A DNA stretch of 64,000 nucleotides from Sphaerochaetaceae bacterium (GCA_963656825.1 CAVKJG010000003.1:2243-66242), one strand, 5' to 3'; positions 36,339-45,113 are shown, numbered from the stretch's first letter. Translations and numbers: made by a program. The notes: generated from the letters alone by a model not told the origin.

Positions 36339-38129
36339 TCAATCAAGATCAGCTTTTCTTTTTTTAGAAATAACAACTGCAACTACCACGGCTGCACCGA
36401 TTACAACTACTACACCAACCGTTATATAAATCCAAAGTGCAGATTTCTTAGCTATTGCCTGCTGAGCGATTATTACTTCGCCGCAAACAGAGCAGTGACT
36501 GCCTTCTGTCTTGCCTTCCTTTGAAAGTGTAGGCTCAACCTTTTCATCAACAACGGGAGTGTGTCCCTTAGCGGGAGTAATCACTGTGCCGCAAACCGTA
36601 CATTTCTGAGCTTCTGTACATGTTGCAGCCGCGCCGGGTGTATGCTTTCCTGTAGCGGGAGCTATTTCAGCACCGCATACAGTACATTTCTGAGCTTTCA
36701 CGCATGTAGCAGCTGCGCCGGGAGTGTGTCCCTTGGCGGGAGCAATCACTGTGTCGCAAACCGTACATTTCTGAGCTTCTGTGCAGGTTGCAGCCGCGCC
36801 GGGAGTGTGGCTTGCTTTCGGAGCCAATTCAGCACCGCAAACCGCACACGTCTGAGCTTCTGTGCAACTTGCACCGGGACCATATGTATGACCCTTTGCA
36901 GGAGCTATTTCAACACCACAGACAGTACATTTCTGTCCTTCTGTGCATGTGGCAGCCGCACCGGGAGTGTGGCCCTTTGCCTGACCGAGATTCTTTCCGC
37001 ATACCTTGCATCTCTGAGGTTCTGTGCAGGTTGCTTCCGGACCCGGAGTATGACCTGTTGCCGGAATTCTCTTTTGAGCAACAAGTACTTTTTTACAAAC
37101 CGAGCAATGACTGCCTGCAGTCTTGCCATCGGTTATACAGCTTTCCTCGATTGCAGCATCCTTAACTACTGTATGTCCTGTTGCAGGAACCACTTCCTGA
37201 GCAACAAGAACTTTGTTACATACCGAGCAATGCTTGCCTTCGGTTTTGCCTGCTGTTTCACAGGTAGCCGCCACTGCAGCATCTACCACTTCGGTATGAC
37301 CTTTTTTAGCTATTACAAGTGCTGCTTCTGTTGTTTCTACTTTCTTCTCATCGAAGAATTTACCGCATACAGAGCATTTGTAATATGCTGCCTTACCGTC
37401 GGCTTCACAGGTTGCAGCTACTTCTGCTACAAGTGTGCCGTAGGTATGACCTTTTTTAGCTATTACAAGTGCTGCTTCTGTTGTTTCTACTTTCTTCTCA
37501 TCGAAGAATTTACCGCATACAGAGCATTTGTAATATGCTGCCTTACCGTCGGCTTCACAGGTTGCAGCTACTTCTGCTACAAGTGTGCCGTAGGTATGAA
37601 CATGTCCGGTTGAAACGGACTTAATTGTGGTTGAACCACATGTTATAGTGAAATTGCCGGATGTAGCTTTTCCGGCTGCATCTTTTATAGAAAGATATCC
37701 GTCCTTTGAATATGACGTAATAGTTGTTTCGCCATCAAAGCCTTCGTTAACCTTGAAATTCAAAACAACAAGTTCGCCAGTAAGATTTACTGTATTGTAT
37801 TTTTTGTCGTTTACGTTAACTGCGATAAGGTCGCCGGTGTCAAATGCAGAAACTGCTACATTGCTGTCCGAGGCAAATGCCTTGCCAACCGTGTAGTTAA
37901 CATATGTAAGAGCTTTGTTATCATATATAACATCGGCACCCGCCACCATAAAGCCTGTCGACTCGGAAATCGAAAGGGTTACAGAAACGGTATCGCCGGG
38001 TTTTACCGTCGAGGCAGAAGCCTCGACGGTAAAACTTATTTTGTTTGTGCTTGCCGCAAATGTTGTAAGCGATGTCACCATCACAAGAAGCATTGCCACA
38101 AGCGCTATTATTGTGCGCTTAGTTTTCAT
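36339..38129 (-). CDS. secreted, C-terminally membrane-anchored surface protein: cohesin-like domain plus His/Cys-rich repeat array
   Basis: 596 aa. Signal peptide (MKTKRTIIALVAMLLVMVTSLTTFAAS). Cohesin-like beta-sandwich (ISFTVEASASTVKPGDTVSVTLSISESTGFMVAGADVIYDNKALTYV...). About 13 modules, each starting with GH and holding 3 Cys. C-terminal TM helix (LWIYITVGVVVVIGAAVVVAVVI) followed by KKRK. GGGAGGTG RBS 6 nt after the upstream gene's stop. Confidence 0.7.
   Translation of the reverse strand: MKTKRTIIALVAMLLVMVTSLTTFAASTNKISFTVEASASTVKPGDTVSVTLSISESTGFMVAGADVIYDNKALTYVNYTVGKAFASDSNVAVSAFDTGDLIAVNVNDKKYNTVNLTGELVVLNFKVNEGFDGETTITSYSKDGYLSIKDAAGKATSGNFTITCGSTTIKSVSTGHVHTYGTLVAEVAATCEADGKAAYYKCSVCGKFFDEKKVETTEAALVIAKKGHTYGTLVAEVAATCEADGKAAYYKCSVCGKFFDEKKVETTEAALVIAKKGHTEVVDAAVAATCETAGKTEGKHCSVCNKVLVAQEVVPATGHTVVKDAAIEESCITDGKTAGSHCSVCKKVLVAQKRIPATGHTPGPEATCTEPQRCKVCGKNLGQAKGHTPGAAATCTEGQKCTVCGVEIAPAKGHTYGPGASCTEAQTCAVCGAELAPKASHTPGAAATCTEAQKCTVCDTVIAPAKGHTPGAAATCVKAQKCTVCGAEIAPATGKHTPGAAATCTEAQKCTVCGTVITPAKGHTPVVDEKVEPTLSKEGKTEGSHCSVCGEVIIAQQAIAKKSALWIYITVGVVVVIGAAVVVAVVISKKRKADLD
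36560..37055 (-). repeat. array of six ~81-bp (27-aa) diverged in-frame tandem repeats
   Basis: Protein units GHTPG(A/P)(A/E)ATCTE(A/G/P)Q(K/R)C(T/K)VCG..I(A/T)PAK. The DNA copies are visibly similar, for example 36561-36640 and 36721-36800. Confidence 0.75.
37293..37599 (-). repeat. perfect tandem duplication, 2 x 150 bp (+7 bp), in frame
   Basis: 37293-37442 is identical to 37443-37592, and identity continues to 37599. It encodes HTYGTLVAEVAATCEADGKAAYYKCSVCGKFFDEKKVETTEAALVIAKKG twice. Confidence 0.9.
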
Positions 38130-38143
38130 TCAGCACCTCCCGA

Positions 38144-41100
38144 TTACTCGGCGGCTTTAAGTGTGACTACTATTTCGTCCCAGGTTACTTCACCGGACAG
38201 GTAGTTGTAGAGAAGATCGAAGTCTCTCTGGTCTACTGAACCATCCTTGTTGAGGTCGGCTGCTGCGTCATATTTTCTGTAGTTCTTAAGTCCAAGCAGC
38301 TTGGAAAGGTCGTTGATGTCAACATAACCTGTACCGTCAATATCAGCTATCGGTTTAACTGTTACGTTGCCTTCTTTTTCTGCATCAGCTACGGCAACAG
38401 TTACAGACTCAGCGTCAACGGTGCTGCCGTGTGCTTCGCTTATTGTAATGGTTGTTGTCTTGTTCTCTTTCTTTTCCCCATCGTTTTCGTCCGTTGTATT
38501 CGTGTCACCCACTACGTTGAAGTAGAGATCAATGAGTTTTACTTCGCCGGAGATGTTAACGTTTTCAGATTTGTTTGTTTCTTTGTTGTCTTCAGCGTAA
38601 GCAACAACCTTCACTTCGCCGGTTTCTCTTTTAACAGTAACTTTTTTCTCATCGACTTCTTTTTCTTCCGTCCTTGTTACAGCGTTAGCCTGCATTGTGA
38701 ACAAGCCTTCGGATGCGTTCTCGAATCCTACGAAGCTGAGCATTCCTGCAGCGTACTTAACCGAGAAGTTTGTTCCCCAGATTGCAGAGTCACGAGAGCT
38801 GATGCTTACGGTAACCTTAACCTTACCGGATTCAACGATTTCTGCGCCGGCAACAACTGCGTTGTCAACGGAGATGTTGAGCTTAAGATCGGAAAGCTTG
38901 GGTGTTTCAACTGTTTCTGTTACATCACAGCCTGCACGAGCGCATGCCCAAAGTTCCTTGCCGCCGCTTACTTCTGTTGCCGCAACAAGAGTCTTGCTGA
39001 GCTGCATATCGTGGCCAAGAGCAGCTGTGGGATTTTCAACCTTATATACGGTATTGCACCAATCGCATGTGTAAACAGTGCCGCCTGCCGTTGTGCAAGT
39101 TTCAGTGATTATTTCTATGTTTGAACCTGTTGCTTTATGATCTTCATTTTTTGTAAATGCTATCCGATTAGCTACTGTTTTATTCTTATCAGTTGTTCCG
39201 GCTTTGTACAGCGATGTTTTGCAGGTTGCATTCTGGCAGATTCTGCCCTTCTGGTTGCAAGGATAGAATACGCCCTCCGCGTCCTCATGACCTGTTGCGG
39301 GGATTACTTCGCCGCCAACCTGGTTCTTGCCACACACGCTGCACTTTGTTCCGGCTGTGTTTCCAGACGTTGTGCATGTAGCTGCTACTGCTTTTATTGT
39401 CGTCTTCGAATCGTGAGCCGTTGCAGCAACATATCCGTCAATCCATGATGTTTTGCAAGCGCTGCAGTAATTGTACACATACTTTTCAGCTGCGCAATCT
39501 TTTCCTGCTGTAGCTTCACTGTAATCGCCAAGAACTGTTATTGTTGAAACGCCTTTTGAATCGTGATGATTTGTTGTCGAGACAACCGATTTGCCACTTT
39601 CCAAGCCGCAGACCGTGCAGTACTTATATTTTGTATAACCTTCTGTTGTGCAAGTTGCTGCTTTAGCGGCGACATCTTTCCAGCTATGTGCTGCCGTTAT
39701 AACTGCGGAAGTACCGTTTTCAAGGATACACGCATTGCATACAGAGCACTGATACCAGCCTTCTTTAAGACCGTCTTCCAGTTTTTCGGCTGTATGAACA
39801 GCAGCTTTTGCTGCGCCGCCATTTCCATCTGTTGTGATTGTATGACCGCCGTTTTTCGTTTCGCTTGCTATGAATTCGTCACATACTGCGCAGAAGTAAG
39901 CCGCTGTCTTTGCACCAACCCACTTCTTTGTTATTTTTAAAGTTGTCAGTTCTGCGGCTGTTTTGCTTGCCAAACCTGCAGCCGAAACATCGCCATCGCC
40001 AATTTTTGCACCCTTAGCATAGCTTTGTGAGTTTACCGTAATAGCTTCGTTTGCATAGTACTCATAATGCTCTTCAACTGCGTAAGCCTCAACCTTTTTG
40101 CCGTCGCTGCTCTTTTTAAGGACGTATCCTCCCCCAGTAAAGCCGTCGGGCATTTTGTGGCCATCTGCAGCACCCGATACATAGCTCCATGTCTTCTTGC
40201 AGCTTGTACATGTAGCTGTTGTTATTTCGTCTGTTGTGCAGGTTTTTTGTGTCGTGACTTTTGTCGACACATTATGGCCTTCTGCTTTTACCTTAGCATC
40301 ATGTTCTGTTTTTGTAAGAACGCCGGTTACCGGTGTAAATGCAAGCTTGGGTATTTCTACTGTAGCTGTGCAACCCTCAGTTGTACATGTGTATTTGCCT
40401 GTCTTGGAGCAGGTGGGTTCGTTTTCTTTTTTCAGTTCATAAACGTGTGCAATTTTATCAAGCACTACGCTTACGGACGTTCCGCAGGAGCACTTTCCGG
40501 TAATAACACCGGCTTTTATACATGTTGCAGCTGTTTTTGCACTTTCAGTGTATACTGCATGAACATCTTTTGCTGTAGCTTCTTCCTGCTTCGTGACGTC
40601 TTTTCCGTCAACCTTTACTGTCTCTGTTTTGCCTGCTGTGTTTACATAATTACGCGTTGCAACGCTCCACTCTGTTCCCTTCGCGTTGGGAATTACTTTT
40701 AATGCATTGTAGTCAGCGTCTGTTGTTCTGTATGTTTTTTTCACGGTCTCGCCGTTCAGTTTCCATTCGTAGTCTTCTACATATGACTTTGCTTCAAGCG
40801 AGCAGTTGTCGTTTGTGCAGTACCAGAATGTGAATGCACCGTGCTGGCAGTCTGCGGGGGTTGTGTAAGCAACAGCTTTATGACCCTCAGCTTCAACTGT
40901 TGTTTTTACTTCGCCGGCTTTAACCGCGTCGGCAAGATTAACGGTAATTGATACACCGTTTTCATCTATAACGCTTATAGAGTGTGTTGACGACAAAACG
41001 TCTGTTTCATATGTTCTATAATCTTTATAATCGTCGTTTGTGTCTTTTTCAACGTGAACGCAGTATCTTGTTTCTACCTTTGCCTCTGTGTCTTTATAGC

Positions 41101-42124
41101 TTGATTTGTCATAGCTTACTATAACGTCGCCTTTTTTGTGGATAACGTTTCCGTCTGAATCTGTCACGTCAGCAGGGTATGTAAGATATTCATGACCCGT
41201 GGGGGCGATAACTTCAACTTCGCCTACCTGCGCGCCACACTTTGTGCATACATCACCTATCATTCCGTATGTGGTGCATGTAGCGGGGGTAACTGCTGTC
41301 TTTAATGTCTTGGAATGCTTTGCGGTTATGTTTTTCGCAACGGCTTCCTCGCTCATAAGTGTTGTAGCCGCTTTGTCCGAATATGCCTTGCCGCATTTGC
41401 AGACATAGTACGTTTCCGTAACGCCTTCTGACGTGCAGGTTGCGTCAACTTTCTTTATTTCTGTAACATAGTCTTTGCATGCGTGAACAGGATATACGTT
41501 AACCTCGGTCTCTTTGCCGCATTCGCATACAGCTTTAGCTTTGCCGGGGTTATCCATTGTTGCGTCAGGGGCAACTTCCATGGAAGATATTTCGAACTTA
41601 TGTGTATGAGTTTCGACCCCTGTGCAGCCTTCAACCGTGCATTTACGGGTTTTGCCCGTAGCTGTTTCTGTCCAAGCGCCCCATACGTGATCGCTTGTCT
41701 TAGCGATTTTCAGAGCCTCTTTAACGGCCACTCCATTGATCTGTCCGTCTTTATTCTCTACAGTTCCGTTGAGTCTGACTTTCTTGCATACAACACATTT
41801 TTCGTGTGCAAGAACGCCGTCTTCTCCGCATGTAGCGGGAACTTCTGCGACAAACTCGAATTCCTTGCAGTCGCCAAGCTGTTCTTTTATTTCGTCAATG
41901 AAATGCGCGCCGCAAATATCGCACGCATAAAGTGTGTAGCCGTTTTTGCCGCAGAGGGGCTCAGCGAACTCTTCCGGCGTGTACTTGCAGTTATCTTTTG
42001 TATGTACCGCGCCTGTGCCCGGGCATGTAACTTCAGCGTCCGCTGCGAAAAGCGTTACCGCTGAGCCGAAGCACATGGTAAATGCAAGAAGCAATACAAG
42101 TACTCTTCTTAATTGTTTTTTCAT
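38144..42124 (-). CDS. large secreted surface protein: Cys-rich (CxxC-type) module array, cohesin-like domain, C-terminal dockerin
   Basis: The track lists TTG 42148; ATG 42124 (MKKQLRRVLVLLLAFTMCFGSAVTLFA) has an AGGAGG RBS and gives 1326 aa. Many ATCxxxGxxxxxCxxCG modules. Cohesin-like segment (LKLNISVDNAVVAGAEIVESGKVKVTVSISS...FSVKYAAGMLSFVGF). Dockerin with two EF-hand-like loops (DIDGTGYVDINDL ... DLNKDGSVDQRDF). Confidence 0.75.
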   Translation of the reverse strand: MKKQLRRVLVLLLAFTMCFGSAVTLFAADAEVTCPGTGAVHTKDNCKYTPEEFAEPLCGKNGYTLYACDICGAHFIDEIKEQLGDCKEFEFVAEVPATCGEDGVLAHEKCVVCKKVRLNGTVENKDGQINGVAVKEALKIAKTSDHVWGAWTETATGKTRKCTVEGCTGVETHTHKFEISSMEVAPDATMDNPGKAKAVCECGKETEVNVYPVHACKDYVTEIKKVDATCTSEGVTETYYVCKCGKAYSDKAATTLMSEEAVAKNITAKHSKTLKTAVTPATCTTYGMIGDVCTKCGAQVGEVEVIAPTGHEYLTYPADVTDSDGNVIHKKGDVIVSYDKSSYKDTEAKVETRYCVHVEKDTNDDYKDYRTYETDVLSSTHSISVIDENGVSITVNLADAVKAGEVKTTVEAEGHKAVAYTTPADCQHGAFTFWYCTNDNCSLEAKSYVEDYEWKLNGETVKKTYRTTDADYNALKVIPNAKGTEWSVATRNYVNTAGKTETVKVDGKDVTKQEEATAKDVHAVYTESAKTAATCIKAGVITGKCSCGTSVSVVLDKIAHVYELKKENEPTCSKTGKYTCTTEGCTATVEIPKLAFTPVTGVLTKTEHDAKVKAEGHNVSTKVTTQKTCTTDEITTATCTSCKKTWSYVSGAADGHKMPDGFTGGGYVLKKSSDGKKVEAYAVEEHYEYYANEAITVNSQSYAKGAKIGDGDVSAAGLASKTAAELTTLKITKKWVGAKTAAYFCAVCDEFIASETKNGGHTITTDGNGGAAKAAVHTAEKLEDGLKEGWYQCSVCNACILENGTSAVITAAHSWKDVAAKAATCTTEGYTKYKYCTVCGLESGKSVVSTTNHHDSKGVSTITVLGDYSEATAGKDCAAEKYVYNYCSACKTSWIDGYVAATAHDSKTTIKAVAATCTTSGNTAGTKCSVCGKNQVGGEVIPATGHEDAEGVFYPCNQKGRICQNATCKTSLYKAGTTDKNKTVANRIAFTKNEDHKATGSNIEIITETCTTAGGTVYTCDWCNTVYKVENPTAALGHDMQLSKTLVAATEVSGGKELWACARAGCDVTETVETPKLSDLKLNISVDNAVVAGAEIVESGKVKVTVSISSRDSAIWGTNFSVKYAAGMLSFVGFENASEGLFTMQANAVTRTEEKEVDEKKVTVKRETGEVKVVAYAEDNKETNKSENVNISGEVKLIDLYFNVVGDTNTTDENDGEKKENKTTTITISEAHGSTVDAESVTVAVADAEKEGNVTVKPIADIDGTGYVDINDLSKLLGLKNYRKYDAAADLNKDGSVDQRDFDLLYNYLSGEVTWDEIVVTLKAAE

Positions 42125-42192
42125 GAAAAATTTCCTCCTAATTTTCAAGGCGTTTACGCATTTGTATCGGGCGGATAATTTTCCTTATTTAC

Positions 42193-42216
42193 TACAAAAA
42201 AGTAGACATTTTTTTA
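42193..42216. repeat. left recombination site (hix-like imperfect palindrome, core AG)
   Basis: TACAAAAAAGT-AG-ACATTTTTTTA. It shares CTA(C/T)AAAAAAGTAGAC (15/16 identical) with the reverse complement of the right site. Confidence 0.65.
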
Positions 42217-42226
42217 ACGAAAGGTA

Positions 42227-42255
42227 TTGACAAGAATGGCTATGTATGATATTCT
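42227..42255 (+). promoter_or_regulatory. near-consensus sigma-A promoter inside the invertible segment, currently facing away from the surface-protein operon
   Basis: TTGACA (42227-42232), 17-nt spacer, TGaTATTCT extended -10 (42247-42255). Confidence 0.55.
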
Positions 42256-42307
42256 TGAATGGAACAATGGCGGTCAATCACGCATTGAAGGTCGGTATTT
42301 TCAGCGC

Positions 42308-42331
42308 TATAAAAAAGTCTACTTTTTTATA
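42308..42331. repeat. right recombination site (hix-like palindrome, core CT)
   Basis: TATAAAAAAGT-CT-ACTTTTTTATA has perfect 11-bp inverted arms around a 2-bp asymmetric core. It ends 7 bp from the recombinase stop codon. Confidence 0.7.
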
Positions 42332-42338
42332 GGCTTTT

Positions 42339-42956
<618 letters not shown>

Positions 42957-43103
42957 CTATCTGTAAACGTACCTCCTTGGTGTGAATTATACACACAACC
43001 TGTAAATTATTCAGCACCAAAAGATAAAAAGTCACAAACAAATTACGAAAAATACAAAATTATCTTCGCAAAATTCCACGAAAACAAAAACGTCCGTAAC
43101 CAC

Positions 43104-43130
43104 AAAAACCCCGCCGTCAGCGGGGTTTTT
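43104..43130. terminator. bidirectional intrinsic terminator
   Basis: AAAAACCCCGCCGTCAGCGGGGTTTTT, nearly identical to the hairpin at 36221-36247. Confidence 0.65.
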
Positions 43131-43138
43131 GTTATGTT

Positions 43139-43357
43139 TCAATCAAGCTCTTTCTTCCGTATGTCCGAAAGCTTCTCTATTGTTCCGTCCGGACGTTTTA
43201 TAACCGTATTTTCCAGCTGTCCGGCAAAGCTCGCGCGGAAACGTCTGCGGAATTCGTCGCGCAGCTTTATCTGCTCCGCTTTTTCCTCCTCGGTAAGTCC
43301 TTCCGATTTTTCCTTATGGGCAAGATCGTTTATTCTTCTTGTGAGTTCGTCTTTCAT
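43139..43357 (-). CDS. DUF896 (UPF0291, YnzC-like) small protein
   Basis: MKDELTRRINDLAHKEKSEGLTEEEKAEQIKLRDEFRRRFRASFAGQLENT... matches the typical DUF896 pattern. ATG 43357 has an AAAGGAAG RBS; the track's start at 43393 is unlikely. Confidence 0.7.
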   Translation of the reverse strand: MKDELTRRINDLAHKEKSEGLTEEEKAEQIKLRDEFRRRFRASFAGQLENTVIKRPDGTIEKLSDIRKKELD

Positions 43358-43444
43358 TTCGGTACTTCCTTTCCGATTTATTTTATATAACATTGTGTAT
43401 TATATCACATATTGTTGTGACAATCAATCACTTTATCTGCCGTT

Positions 43445-44014
43445 TCAATTATTTTTTTGCAAAAGATATCCTGCGAAAAGATACGAACAGAATATCAGCA
43501 GCGCGGCGTTTTCCGCCGTGTAAAAAAATATATAAACGGCAAGCATCCAAAGGAAAAACAGGCTTACCGCGGTTGTGAATTCAACAATTTTTTCTCCCAC
43601 GCCTTCGCCGAGCAGAAACGATGCCGCCGAAGAAATTATTCTTCCGCCGTCAAGGGTCGCCATCGGAAGCATATTCACGGCAAGAGTTATCTCGGAAAAC
43701 AGCCTTATGCTTTCCGCGCACGGAAAATATCGCGCGCAGATGATTATAAATATATTTTCAAGCGGTCCGGCAAAGGCAACAAGCACTTCCTCCGCATAAG
43801 ATGACGGCTTCGATATTTTCATGCTTATTCCCACGGGCATAAGCGTGATTTTTTCTATTCTTTTCCCGAGCAGAAGCGCCGCCGCTGCGTGTCCGATTTC
43901 GTGAAGCGCGGTCACGACTATAACCGAAAAGCTCTGCTGCTTCGGCATGGCAAAAAGAAGCAGAAAAATTCCCGCCGTGGCAAACGGGTGAACCGAAAAA
44001 CGAGGCAGCTTCAT
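43445..44014 (-). CDS. M50 site-2 protease, minimal SpoIVFB-like
   Basis: 189 aa, polytopic. HExxH (LHEIGHAAA) and NxxPxxxLDGG (NMLPMATLDGG). No CBS domain. Overlaps the upstream gene by 4 nt. Confidence 0.7.
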   Translation of the reverse strand: MKLPRFSVHPFATAGIFLLLFAMPKQQSFSVIVVTALHEIGHAAAALLLGKRIEKITLMPVGISMKISKPSSYAEEVLVAFAGPLENIFIIICARYFPCAESIRLFSEITLAVNMLPMATLDGGRIISSAASFLLGEGVGEKIVEFTTAVSLFFLWMLAVYIFFYTAENAALLIFCSYLFAGYLLQKNN

Positions 44015-45039
44015 AACGGCTTCCTTTCCTTTTTATTCTTTATAACGGCTGCGGTAAGCGAAACGGCAAGCGGAGAAAGCACTGCGCCCGCTCCGCCGAA
44101 AAGCTTTATTCCGGCATATATCGCAAAAAGAGAAAGCACCGGCGGAACTCCCGCGCCCTCGCCGATCAGCTTCGGCTCAAGCACCTGTCTTGCAAGCACG
44201 GTAATTCCCCACAATACCATAAGGAAAAGCGACGTCCTTTTTTCGCCGGAAAGAAACGATACGGCGGCATACGGCACAAGTATTATACCCGTTCCCACCG
44301 CAGGAAGCGCGTCAAGGATCGCTACTGTGACCGCCAGCGCAAGTGAATATCTTACGCCCATAACCGAAAGCCCGAGATAAAGCAGAGAAAACATAAAAAA
44401 CGCTATAAGCGTCTCAGCGCAAAAGGCTTTCCATACGGCTTTCGTCGCGCCGGTTTTTATTTTTCCCGTCGGAAAATACTTTTTTGCAAGCGCTGAAATT
44501 TCGTCAAATCCAAAGCAAAGCATTATTCCGGAAGAAATCGCAACAAACGAAAAAAGCAGAATCGCAGGCACTCCCGCCGCAATTTTCCCGAGCAATGACG
44601 ACGCCGCCGAAAACATCGAATCGGTAAGTTTTTTCACAAGCGCCGCAATTATTTCTCCGGTTTCATCGTCATTGCCGCCGAATATTTTTTCGGAAATAAA
44701 ATCGGGCAAAAGCTTCAGCTTTCCGAGCAAAGCGCTTATTTTTCCTTCGTCGCGCCGCCACGCAAGGTACATTTCGCCCAGCTGCCCGTATATCATTCTG
44801 CCGGCAAGAGCGATAATTCCTATCAGCATTGCGTAGATAAGCACAGAGATAAATGCCGCCATCCGTTTTTTAGCGGTGCTTTTATGAAATCCGAGCTTTT
44901 CGGCGCTTTTTACGGAAAAAAACGCCACGGCAAAACCGACGGCGAAGGGCGCGAGCGGCTCCAAAAAAATTTTCATTCCGAAAGTCACGGCGCAAGCCGT
45001 CAAAACTGCCGTCACCGCTGACTTTTTCTCCTTCGGCAT
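44011..45039 (-). CDS. AI-2E family transporter (sporulation membrane protein YtvI-like)
   Basis: 342 aa with about 8 TM helices. Conserved C-terminal region (LALAVTVAILDALPAVGTGIILVPYA ... LEPKLIG). Confidence 0.65.
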   Translation of the reverse strand: MPKEKKSAVTAVLTACAVTFGMKIFLEPLAPFAVGFAVAFFSVKSAEKLGFHKSTAKKRMAAFISVLIYAMLIGIIALAGRMIYGQLGEMYLAWRRDEGKISALLGKLKLLPDFISEKIFGGNDDETGEIIAALVKKLTDSMFSAASSLLGKIAAGVPAILLFSFVAISSGIMLCFGFDEISALAKKYFPTGKIKTGATKAVWKAFCAETLIAFFMFSLLYLGLSVMGVRYSLALAVTVAILDALPAVGTGIILVPYAAVSFLSGEKRTSLFLMVLWGITVLARQVLEPKLIGEGAGVPPVLSLFAIYAGIKLFGGAGAVLSPLAVSLTAAVIKNKKERKPL

Positions 45040-45084
45040 AATTCTTCACCTCTCTCGTTATATTTTAACATTCGGTTAATTTTA

Positions 45085-45113
45085 TTGACAAAACGCCCCG
45101 ATTGTGATATCAT
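45085..45113 (+). promoter_or_regulatory. sigma-A-type promoter for the LRR lipoprotein gene
   Basis: TTGACA (45085-45090), 17-nt spacer, TGaTATCAT (45105-45113). Confidence 0.5.

Noticed and set aside
36545-37600. Possible CRISPR array suggested by regularly spaced DNA repeats
   Set aside because: The repeats are 81-bp and 150-bp in-frame coding repeats with no unique spacers between them. They lie inside a continuous 596-aa ORF, and no cas genes are present.
36561-42064. Cys/Phe-rich + strand ORFs (e.g. 36561-37613, 38429-39124, 40067-40702, 41483-42064) inside the surface-protein genes
   Set aside because: They mirror the repeats of the - strand genes. The - strand frames have signal peptides, RBSs and recognisable cohesin/dockerin modules, and the + strand frames have none.
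42256-42280. Possible second, leftward promoter inside the switch (TTGACC at 42278-42273 on the - strand)
   Set aside because: The best -10 candidates (GAATAT or TATCAT) are poor or wrongly spaced. It is kept only as a caveat that the assembled orientation may not be completely silent.
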